Assembly (NCBI GenBank): GCA_964440565.1
Contig: CAYTTB010000001.1
Location: 96,627-160,626, forward strand
DNA from: an uncultured Thermoanaerobaculia bacterium
GTDB lineage: Bacteria > Acidobacteriota > Thermoanaerobaculia > Thermoanaerobaculales > Sulfomarinibacteraceae
Direction of reading: 5' to 3'
DNA: 64,000 nt
In this document: positions 37,119 to 45,276 of the stretch, piece after piece
Position numbering within the stretch: the first letter of the stretch is position 1
Layout of the letters: each line of letters starts with the position of its first letter
Notes under the pieces: model-generated
What the model saw: only the letters and a program-made list of their open reading frames with translations
Told to the model about the DNA's origin: nothing
Databases searched by the model: none
Made by a program: the position numbers and the translations under genes

Positions 37119-37520
37119 TCACCGGTCGAGCTCGAGGTGGACCACCACCGGCTCGCGGCGGTTCGCGGCGTCCGGCTCGAACGGCCGCGAGCGGCCGAAC
37201 CGCCCGCACCGCCGCGAGACCCGGGAGGAGCCTCCCGGAGCGGGAGGGGCGGCGCCCACCGCCTCCACCCGGTACACGCCCGGCGCGAGCCCGCTCCACG
37301 CCACCCGCCCGTCCGGGCCGGGCGTCCTCCGGTGGAACGCCAGGAGCAGCTCCTGGGCATCGAGGGCGCCGCCGCCGGCCGGCGGGGCGCGGTCGCGGAC
37401 CCACCCCGGACGCTTCGTGAACGAGCTGCTGCGCGGCGCGATCTGGGCGCCGGGGCGTGGCTCGTCGCTCCTCCCGGCCCGCGGCGTGGCGTCGGGAACG
37501 CTCGGGCCGCCCGTCGCTCG
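37119..37520 (-). pseudogene. Start-less open frame resembling a carboxypeptidase-regulatory/prealbumin-like beta domain
   Basis: Frame reads DEPRPGAQI...PGPDGRVAWSGLAPGVYRVEA...VVVHLELDR*. I found no ATG/GTG/TTG in frame upstream of 37304. Left boundary approximate. Confidence 0.4.
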
Positions 37521-37558
37521 AGCTCGGGGTCTCGCCGCTCGCGACGGTCGTGGTGAAT

Positions 37559-38323
37559 CTACGTCGCCTCGGCGAGCAGCTGCTCGAGCACCGCCACCGC
37601 GTTGCCGAGCTCCTCCGAGGGGTCCGGGACCTGGGACATGAGGTAGGCGGAGGCCTCCCGCAGGCGCTCGAGGTCCCCCTCGCGGACCAGGTCCAGCAGC
37701 TCACGCAGGGCGGCGCGGGCAGGCTCCTCGAGGTCGTCGCGGCCGAGCTCGCGCTCCACCACCACCCGGACCAGCGCCAGCACCTCCTCGCGACGCTGGC
37801 GGGTCACGGCGGGGGGTTCGTCCTCGCCGTCGGGAGCGACGAACGGCTCCTCGCCCTCCCCCTCGCCGCCCTCGAGCGGGGGCGCCGGCTCGCCGGGCTG
37901 GACCAGCTGGGGAAGGCGGCGCAGCTCCCGGGAGAACCGGCCCAGCATCAGGTAGAGCTCCTTCTCCGAGGCGAAGTTGCCCACCAGCCGGGCGGAGCGG
38001 TCGAGCTCGAGGGTCTCCGACTCCTGCAGCATGATGTACGCCTGGGCACCCTTCTCGAGGATGATCTTCCTCGCCCGCACCCGCCAGGCGGTGAGGGTCC
38101 CGGCCACGAAGCAGGAGTCCGCCGCCTGCAGGCTCACCGCCTCCACCTTCACCTCCGGGTCGATCCGGATGGAGCCCGAGGTGGACTCGATGATGGAGTA
38201 GCGGCCGGAGTTCTGGATCACCAGGTTGCCCGGCGTGCGGATCGAGAGCTGGCCGTGTTCGTTGACCGCGATCTCGGTCCCGTTGGGGATGATCATGGTG
38301 GGAAAGGTCCGCTCGTCGTCCAT
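37559..38323 (-). CDS. Bactofilin-like beta-helix protein with C-terminal helical extension
   Basis: TMIIPNGTEI, FVAGTLTA..V.A.KIILEKGA, TLELDRSARLVGNF echo the bactofilin repeat. Directly follows the M23 gene. Confidence 0.55.
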   Translation of the reverse strand: MDDERTFPTMIIPNGTEIAVNEHGQLSIRTPGNLVIQNSGRYSIIESTSGSIRIDPEVKVEAVSLQAADSCFVAGTLTAWRVRARKIILEKGAQAYIMLQESETLELDRSARLVGNFASEKELYLMLGRFSRELRRLPQLVQPGEPAPPLEGGEGEGEEPFVAPDGEDEPPAVTRQRREEVLALVRVVVERELGRDDLEEPARAALRELLDLVREGDLERLREASAYLMSQVPDPSEELGNAVAVLEQLLAEAT

Positions 38324-38338
38324 CGCCTCACCTCGTCG

Positions 38339-39349
38339 TCACTGCATCGACCGCGGCAGCGGGTCGAAGCGTGGCGGCGGCGCCCACCGGCTCGCCACCA
38401 GCAGCTTCTCGTGCCCGTGCCACTGGTAGTCGAGGATGAAGATCCGCGGGTCCACCGGGATCGGCTCGTCGCCGTCCTCGCGCACCCGCACCTCGTAGTG
38501 CAGGTGCGGCGAGGTGCTCCAGCCGGTGTTGCCCACGGTGCCGATCACCTGGCCGCGGCGCACCCGCTGTCCTCGCCGCACGCCCACGTCCTTGAGATGG
38601 GCGTAGATCGTGAGGTAGCGCCGTCCGTGGCCGATCACCACCAGGTTGCCGTACCGCCACCAGCGGACGTTGCGGCGCAGCGGGTAGCGCCCCGCGAACA
38701 CCACCCGTCCGTCGCCGGTGGCCATCACCGGGGTGCCCTCGCGGGCGGCGAGGTCGAGCCCGGAGTGGAAGTCGCGTCCGTTGGTGAACGGGGAGATGCG
38801 CTCGCCGAACGGCGAGGTGAGCACGAACGAGCCGGGCTGGAGCGGGCAGATCGAGGGCACCTCGCGGGTGAGCTCCTGGTGCTCCCTGGCGAACCCCTCG
38901 AGCTCGCTCGCGAGCGCCAGCAGCGCCTCGCTCTCGGTGACCAGGCGCTCCGCGAGCCGCACCCCGGTCGCGGCGTCGGGCACCGCGTACCGCCGTCCGG
39001 AGGGCCTGGGGAAGCCGCCGCTCGAACCGCCCTCGAGACGGGCGCCCAGGATCAGGGCGATCTGCCGCTCGAGTGTGCGTGCCCGCTCCACGCGGCGCGC
39101 GAGCCGCTCGAGTGTGGCGCGCCGCTGCGCGAGGATCTCGCGCTCGATCCGGTTCCGGTGCCGCTCGATCCTCAGTCGGGACGCGAGCACCAGCGACTGC
39201 ACCCCCAGCGGCGCCGCGAGCAGCCCCAGTCCCACCACCGCCCCCAGCACCACCGCCACCCCGACCAGCCGGCGGAACGCCCTCCGGCTCAGGAAGAAGT
39301 ACCTGACCGGCTTGCGGATGTCGGCGGGATGGAACTGGATCTCGTACAT
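38339..39349 (-). CDS. Membrane-anchored M23 peptidase
   Basis: N-terminal TM and coiled coil, FGERISPF, HSGLD (HxxxD), YGNLVVIGH, YAHL, GNTGWSTSPHLHYEV. Confidence 0.93.
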   Translation of the reverse strand: MYEIQFHPADIRKPVRYFFLSRRAFRRLVGVAVVLGAVVGLGLLAAPLGVQSLVLASRLRIERHRNRIEREILAQRRATLERLARRVERARTLERQIALILGARLEGGSSGGFPRPSGRRYAVPDAATGVRLAERLVTESEALLALASELEGFAREHQELTREVPSICPLQPGSFVLTSPFGERISPFTNGRDFHSGLDLAAREGTPVMATGDGRVVFAGRYPLRRNVRWWRYGNLVVIGHGRRYLTIYAHLKDVGVRRGQRVRRGQVIGTVGNTGWSTSPHLHYEVRVREDGDEPIPVDPRIFILDYQWHGHEKLLVASRWAPPPRFDPLPRSMQ

Positions 39350-39414
39350 GGGCGCTGTGGCTCACTGTAGCACGTGGCGCGTCTCCGCCGGCGTGAGCGG
39401 CGACACCATCGGGG

Positions 39415-41010
39415 TCACTCCCTTCCGGCCTCCGCCTGCTCCCGCAGCCGGTAGAGACGGTGGTCGATCTCGCCGACGAGGCGGCGGGAGACCCGCTCGT
39501 CCACGAGACCCCTGGCCCAGGCCTCGCGCACCGCCTCCTTCTCCACCACCGCGAGCTGCTCCCGGAGCACCCGTGCCTCCTCCCGTCTCACCTCGCGCAC
39601 CGCCTCGCGGAGGTCGGCGGCGCGCGCCTCCAGCGCCTCCTGGCGGGCGGCGAGCTCGGCCTGGAGCTCGGCGAACACCTCGGGCGACACGGTGCCCTGC
39701 TCGTGCTGGCGCAGGAGGTAGGTCTGGGCGGCCTGGAGCGCCCTGAGGCGCGCCCCCAGCTCCTCCACCGCCTCACGGTCCTCCACGCTCCGGAGCAGGC
39801 CGAACCGCCGGAGCAGGGGCCGCGTCAGCGGCGCCTGCACCAGGATGGTGAGGAGCGACACCCCGAACACCAGGTCCACCACCTCGGCCCGGGCGGGGAA
39901 CGAGCGCGGCACGGAGAGGGCCAGCACCATCGCGACCCCGCCCCGGAGCCCGCCCCAGGTGAGCACCCAGCCGAACCCCTCCGGGGGACGCCGGGCGGGG
40001 TCGCGCACCAGCGGCAGTACCAGCCCGACGAACGCTGCGCGGGCGGCGAGCAGCACGAGCCACACCGCCACCACCGGGATCCAGCGGGCGGCCAGGCGGG
40101 GGACCGAGATCTCCAGCCCGATGAGGAGGAAGACGATGGAGTTGGCGGCGAAGGCGGCGTACTCCCAGAACGAGGTCACCGCCACCCGGGTGGTGGGCGA
40201 CATCCCGTACTCGGCGCCGAAGTTGCCCGAGAGGACGCCGGCCACCAGGCAGGCGATCACGCCCGAGGCGTGGACGAGGTCCGCGATCACGAACGACCCG
40301 AAGGCGGCGATGGTGGTGAGGGTGATCTCGATGAGATGGTCGTCCACCTGGGCCGTGAGCCACGACAGCCCGAGGCCGAGCGCCCCACCCACGAGGAGCG
40401 CGCCCCCGAGCTCCCACCCGAGGAACCGCAGCGCCCACCCGGCCGAAAGGTGGTGGCCGGGCTCGGCGCCCACCGCCACCAGGACCACCCCGAACGCGAC
40501 GATGGCCACCGCGTCGTTGAGCAGGCTCTCGCCCTCCATGACGATGGCGAGCCGCCGCGGCGCACCGGCCTCGCGCAGCAGCGCCAGCACCCCCACCGGG
40601 TCGGTGGCGGCGAGGATGGTGGCCACGAGCAGCAGCGTCCGCCAGTCCGGCGCGGCCCCGAGCGCGGCCAGGGCGGTCCAGCCGAGTCCCACGGTGAGGA
40701 GGATCCCGGAGAGCACGCCGGGGACCGCCAGGGCGAGGATGGCCCGCCAGTTGGCGCGGAACTGCTCGAGCTCCATGTGGAACGCCGCCTCGAACACCAG
40801 CACCGGCAGCAGCACCAGGAACAGCAGCTCGGGGCTCAGGTGGAGACCGGGGTCCCACTCCGGGGCGAGCCACCCCTTGAGGACCGCCAGGCCCAGCCCC
40901 GCGAGCACCAGGGACACCGTGTACGGCAGGCGCAGGCGCTGCGCCGCCATCCCCACCACGCTGGCGACGAGCAGCGCGACCACCACGGCGAGCTCCACCT
41001 GGACCTGCAT
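39415..41010 (-). CDS. NhaP/CPA1-family Na+/H+ antiporter
   Basis: LPYTVSLVL.G, LLPVLVFEAAF, ATDPVGV, EGESLLNDAVA, WGGLRGGVAMVLAL. Confidence 0.92.
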   Translation of the reverse strand: MQVQVELAVVVALLVASVVGMAAQRLRLPYTVSLVLAGLGLAVLKGWLAPEWDPGLHLSPELLFLVLLPVLVFEAAFHMELEQFRANWRAILALAVPGVLSGILLTVGLGWTALAALGAAPDWRTLLLVATILAATDPVGVLALLREAGAPRRLAIVMEGESLLNDAVAIVAFGVVLVAVGAEPGHHLSAGWALRFLGWELGGALLVGGALGLGLSWLTAQVDDHLIEITLTTIAAFGSFVIADLVHASGVIACLVAGVLSGNFGAEYGMSPTTRVAVTSFWEYAAFAANSIVFLLIGLEISVPRLAARWIPVVAVWLVLLAARAAFVGLVLPLVRDPARRPPEGFGWVLTWGGLRGGVAMVLALSVPRSFPARAEVVDLVFGVSLLTILVQAPLTRPLLRRFGLLRSVEDREAVEELGARLRALQAAQTYLLRQHEQGTVSPEVFAELQAELAARQEALEARAADLREAVREVRREEARVLREQLAVVEKEAVREAWARGLVDERVSRRLVGEIDHRLYRLREQAEAGRE

Positions 41011-41017
41011 CGCCCCC

Positions 41018-42208
41018 TCACACCGCCCGGAGCGCCCTCACCGGCTCCAGCGTGGCGGCCCGTCGCGCGGGCCAGTACGCGGCCAGGGCCACCAGCAGCA
41101 GCCCCATCGCCGCCACGGCGGCGGCGTGCGATGGCGTCACCCGGAACGGGATGAACTCGACCATGTACACGCGCGCGAGCTCCGGCGGGAAGCGCACGAC
41201 GCGGAGCGCGGTCGCGGCCGCCGCCATGGTGGCGCCGGCCGCGAGGCCCACGGCGACGCCGGCCCCGCCGAGGAGGGTGCCGGCGAGGAACAGGGTCCGC
41301 CGGACGATGCCCGGGTGCGCCCCCATGGCGAGCAGCATTCCGGTGCTCCGCCGCCTGCCCGCGGCCAGCACCACCAGGGCCGAGCTGACCTGGAACGCCG
41401 CCACCGCCACCACGAGCGAGAGGACCACGAACAGCGACACCGTCTGCCACCGGAGCGCCGCGAACAGCGCCCCGTTCATCTCCCGCCAGTCGGTGACCAG
41501 CGCGCCCGGGAGGGCCGCCTCCACCGCCGGGCGGATCCGCTCCGGGTGGAGGGGGTCGTCGAGGGCGAGCTCCAGCCCTCCGATCTCGAGCTCGGGCCTC
41601 CGCCGGAGCAGCGGCCCGAGCGGCACCGCGACCCAGCTCTCGTCGAACTCCGCGAAGGCGAGGTGGAACGTGCCCGCCACCTGGAGGGCCAGCCGGGGCA
41701 CGGTCCACGACCCCGGCCGCGGTGGCAGCGACACCACGAGCGTGTCGCCGCGGGAGAGCCCGAGCCGCTCCGCGAGCCGCGCGCCCGGGACCGCGGCGGG
41801 CGCGGCACCTTCCGGCCAGCGGCCGAGCCCGGTGAAGGCCGGCGGATCCAGGGTGGCCTTGAGCACCACCGGCACCGGGTGCGCGGGGTCGGCCGGATCC
41901 TCGGCGAGCGCCGTGACGTAGGCCACGGGCTCGGCGCGCCGCACGCCCGGGACGGCCGCCGCCCGTCGGGCCAGCGCGCGGGCCTCCTCGAGCGTCGTGC
42001 GCCGGGTCAGGAACGCCACCATGTGACCGCCGCCCCTTCCGAGCGCGGCCGCGATCTCCCGCCGGTATCCGGTCATCAGCGCGAGCGTCAGCACCAGCGC
42101 CGCGGTGGCCGTCACGATCCCGGCGAAGGCCGCGGCGGCGGTGCTCCGCAGCAGGGCGCCGCGCCGGCGGCGGAGGATGGAGAGCGCGAGGTCCAGCTCG
42201 AGCCGCAC
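41018..42208 (-). CDS. FtsX/MacB-family permease (LolC/E-like)
   Basis: ALMTGY, periplasmic domain, DWREMNGALFAAL, LLAMGA, YWPARRAATLEPVRALR. GTG 6 nt after TACACT. Confidence 0.85.
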   Translation of the reverse strand: MRLELDLALSILRRRRGALLRSTAAAAFAGIVTATAALVLTLALMTGYRREIAAALGRGGGHMVAFLTRRTTLEEARALARRAAAVPGVRRAEPVAYVTALAEDPADPAHPVPVVLKATLDPPAFTGLGRWPEGAAPAAVPGARLAERLGLSRGDTLVVSLPPRPGSWTVPRLALQVAGTFHLAFAEFDESWVAVPLGPLLRRRPELEIGGLELALDDPLHPERIRPAVEAALPGALVTDWREMNGALFAALRWQTVSLFVVLSLVVAVAAFQVSSALVVLAAGRRRSTGMLLAMGAHPGIVRRTLFLAGTLLGGAGVAVGLAAGATMAAAATALRVVRFPPELARVYMVEFIPFRVTPSHAAAVAAMGLLLVALAAYWPARRAATLEPVRALRAV

Positions 42209-42347
42209 GGGGCGAGTGTACGCCATACGGCGAGCGCGCCGGGGCGCCCCGGCGGAGCCGGGGCCGGGTGCGGTCCACGCCGGGGCCCTCTCGGTCGGGC
42301 GAGGGCGGCAGCGGAGACATGGTCGCGGGTGTCGGTCCTGCGCGCTA

Positions 42348-42377
42348 TTGACTGGCCGGCGGGGCCGGGGATAGCAT
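42348..42377 (+). promoter_or_regulatory. Sigma70-type promoter of the fadL-GDSL operon
   Basis: TTGACT (42348-42353), 18 nt, TAGCAT (42372-42377). Confidence 0.6.
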
Positions 42378-42436
42378 GTGGCGGGACCATGAACTCTCGA
42401 GCACCGTCTCGTCGTCTTCGAGGAAGGAGGTTCGAT

Positions 42437-43735
42437 GTGGGCACCATGAAGCTTTCCCGATGGATCGCGGCGGCGGCCGTCCTGGCCGTGGCGCCGGCCC
42501 TGGTCTGGGGCGCCGGGTTCGCCTTGTTCGAGCACGGCAACCGCGGCATGGCCATGGGCGGGGCGCTGACCGCGGTGGCCGACGATCCCTCGGCCATGTT
42601 CTGGAACCCGGCGGGCCTGGCGCTCCAGGCGGACAAGGGCGTGCAGGTCCAGTTCGGGGTCACGCTGATCACCGCCAGCCAGGACTTCTACGGCGAGGGC
42701 CCGTACCCGGGCCCCGACTACGTGGCCAGCCAGAAGGACCAGACGTTCTTCCCACCGCACTTCTACATCACCTACCCGCTGAACGACCGGATCGTGCTGG
42801 GGGCCGGGATCGAGACGCCCTTCGGCCTCGGGACCTGGTGGGACGATGACTTCGCCGGCCGGTACATCTCGAAGCGGGTCTCCATCCAGCGGGTGGACTT
42901 CAACCCGTCGGTGGGGGTCAGGCTCAACGACATGGTCTCGGTGGGGTTCGGGGTGATCTACGCCACCAGCTCCATCGACCTCACCCCCGCGCTGGGGTAC
43001 GTCAACCCGTTCACGCAGAGGCTCACCGACATCGGCCAGGTGCACCTGTACGCCGAGCAGACGAAGAACGACGGCTGGGGCTGGGACGCCGGGATCCACC
43101 TCGACTTCGGGGGCGGCTTCACCGGCGGCGTGATGTACCGCTCCAAGGTCAAGATCGACTACACGGGGTACGGCTCCTTCACCCAGTACCCCACCGGCTA
43201 CCCGGAGTTCGACGCCCTGCTGGCGAGCGCGCTGCCGTTCGGCGAGAACGTCCCGGTCCGCACCAGCATCGAGTTCCCGGACTTCCTGTCGGTGGGCGTG
43301 GCGTGGGCCAACGAGAAGTGGACGATCTCGGGCCAGTACGGATGGATGGGGTGGTCCACGTTCGACGAGCTGCCCATCACCTTCGTGGGGCATCCCGAGC
43401 TCTCCGGCGTGGTGCCCGAGCTGTACGAGAACGTCTCCCAGGCGCGGCTCGGCGTGGAGTACCGGATGGACGACACCTGGGCGTTCCGGGGCGGCTGGCT
43501 GTACGACGACACGCCGCAGCCCGCCGAGTCCATGTCGCCGCTGCTGGGCGACGGCGACCGGATCGGCCTCTCGCTCGGCTTCGGCTGGGCCAAGGGCAGG
43601 ATCCGCGTGGACGTCGCGGACCTCTACCTGTGGTTCGACGACCGGTCCACCCACGGCCGGTCCATCGATGGGTACGAGGGCCGCTACGACACCCGCGCCA
43701 ACCTGTTCGGCGTGACGTTCACCTACACCTTCTGA
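42437..43735 (+). CDS. FadL/OmpP1-family outer-membrane transporter
   Basis: Signal then AGFALFEHG.RGMAMGGA..A.ADDPSA.FWNPAGL, PFGLGTWW, C-terminal aromatic strand ending YTF. Start is GTG 42437 (SD AGGAGG) or ATG 42446. Confidence 0.9.
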   Translation: MGTMKLSRWIAAAAVLAVAPALVWGAGFALFEHGNRGMAMGGALTAVADDPSAMFWNPAGLALQADKGVQVQFGVTLITASQDFYGEGPYPGPDYVASQKDQTFFPPHFYITYPLNDRIVLGAGIETPFGLGTWWDDDFAGRYISKRVSIQRVDFNPSVGVRLNDMVSVGFGVIYATSSIDLTPALGYVNPFTQRLTDIGQVHLYAEQTKNDGWGWDAGIHLDFGGGFTGGVMYRSKVKIDYTGYGSFTQYPTGYPEFDALLASALPFGENVPVRTSIEFPDFLSVGVAWANEKWTISGQYGWMGWSTFDELPITFVGHPELSGVVPELYENVSQARLGVEYRMDDTWAFRGGWLYDDTPQPAESMSPLLGDGDRIGLSLGFGWAKGRIRVDVADLYLWFDDRSTHGRSIDGYEGRYDTRANLFGVTFTYTF

Positions 43736-43748
43736 AGGGAGGGCGACG

Positions 43749-45182
43749 ATGAAGCGAGCCACAGTCTCTCTCGCCGCGGCCCTGGTCCTGCTGGCGGCGC
43801 CGTTCGTGGCGGCGCAGGTGGACACGGGCCTGGCCGACCTCAGCGTGTACGTCGCCCTTGGCGACAGCATCACCGCCGGCTACGCCTCGGGCGGGCTGGC
43901 GGAGTTCTACCAGCGCGGGTCGTACCCCGCGGTGTTCGCGGAGCGGGCGGGGATCGCCGACTTCGAGCAGCCCCTGGTCTCCGACCCCGGCATCCCGCCG
44001 GTGCTGAAGCTCTACTCCCTCCAGGGGCCGGTGATCGCCCCCTCCAGCGACACCCCGGGTCAGCCCATCAACGCGACGCTGCCGCGGCCGTACAACAACC
44101 TGGGCGTGCCGGGCGCGGACCTCTACGACCTCCTCAACACCACCGGCGACATCACCAACCTGCTCGCCGGCAACACCGACAACGTGATGCACGACCTGAT
44201 CCTGCGTGACGGGCAGCACACCGCGCTGGAGCAGGCGATCGGGCTCCACCCGACCTTCGTCACGATGTGGATCGGCAACAACGACGTGCTGGGGGCCGCG
44301 GTGTACGCCACGCCCATCGACGGCGTGACCATGACCCCGGTGGACGCCTTCGCCGCCATGTACCAGCAGGCGCTGGGGGCGCTGGCGCAGTACACCGGCG
44401 CGGACATCGTGGTGTTCACCATCCCCGACGTCACGGCGATCCCGTTCGTGACCACGGTGAAGCCGTACCTCGAGCTGCCCGACGGCACCCACGTGCCCAT
44501 CATCGGCTCGAACGGGCCGCTGCCCGAGGACGCCCTGGTCACCCTTCCCGCGGCCTCGCTGCTGGCGCAGGGGATCGGCGTCCCGGTGGAGCTCGGCGGC
44601 ACCGGGATCCCGCTGCCCGAGGACCTCTCCGTCACCGCGGAGGGGGTGCAGCCCGGGTTCGTGCTCCGGCCCGAGGAGGTGGCGGCGATCAACCAGCGGA
44701 TCGCGGACTTCAACCAGGTCATCGCCGACACCGCCGCCGCGGTGGGGGCGAAGGTGCTCGACATCAACGACATGTTCCGCCGTGTCCAGCAGGGGTTCTT
44801 CGTCTACGGCGGGTTCGAGCTCACCACCGACTTCCTCACCGGCGGGATCTTCTCCTACGACGGCGTGCATCCCCAGCACGTGGGGTACGCCCTCATCGCG
44901 TCGGAGCTGATCCGGCTGGTGAACCAGGAGTTCCGGGCCGACATCCCGCAGGTGAACCTGTTCGACATCCTGGTCCAGGGGCCGGGTGCGGGTGCGGCCG
45001 CCGCCGGCCTCACGCCCCGGGAGGCGGCCCGCGCCTTCGGGATGGAGGCGCTCGCCCAGCTCGAGCGGGCGTTCCCGCTGCTGGGGCCGGTCCCCGAGGC
45101 GCACCCGCCGGTGCGCCGCCCCGTGGCGCGGCCGGGCCAGACGGTGGTGGTGCCGCGTCTTGACGGGGGCGACCTGCGCTGA
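43749..45182 (+). CDS. Secreted SGNH/GDSL hydrolase
   Basis: ALGDSITAG (block I), NLGVPGA, WIGNNDVL (block III), DGVHP (block V). Confidence 0.9.
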   Translation: MKRATVSLAAALVLLAAPFVAAQVDTGLADLSVYVALGDSITAGYASGGLAEFYQRGSYPAVFAERAGIADFEQPLVSDPGIPPVLKLYSLQGPVIAPSSDTPGQPINATLPRPYNNLGVPGADLYDLLNTTGDITNLLAGNTDNVMHDLILRDGQHTALEQAIGLHPTFVTMWIGNNDVLGAAVYATPIDGVTMTPVDAFAAMYQQALGALAQYTGADIVVFTIPDVTAIPFVTTVKPYLELPDGTHVPIIGSNGPLPEDALVTLPAASLLAQGIGVPVELGGTGIPLPEDLSVTAEGVQPGFVLRPEEVAAINQRIADFNQVIADTAAAVGAKVLDINDMFRRVQQGFFVYGGFELTTDFLTGGIFSYDGVHPQHVGYALIASELIRLVNQEFRADIPQVNLFDILVQGPGAGAAAAGLTPREAARAFGMEALAQLERAFPLLGPVPEAHPPVRRPVARPGQTVVVPRLDGGDLR

Positions 45183-45206
45183 GCGCCACCGCGTGACCGT
45201 GCTCAC

Positions 45207-45240
45207 CGCGGCCCGGGTTCGCCCGGGCCGCGTTCCTTTC
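45207..45240 (+). terminator. Intrinsic terminator after the GDSL gene
   Basis: CGCGGCCCGGG-TTCG-CCCGGGCCGCG followed by TTCCTTTC. Confidence 0.8.
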
Positions 45241-45276
45241 CCGCGTGCTACGATGCCGGCGTCGGAGGAGGTCTCC

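Noticed and set aside
37036-37558. Glycine riboswitch expected upstream of gcvT
   Set aside because: No GGAGA..CCGAAG..CTCTCAGG aptamer signatures visible; the region looks coding-like instead.
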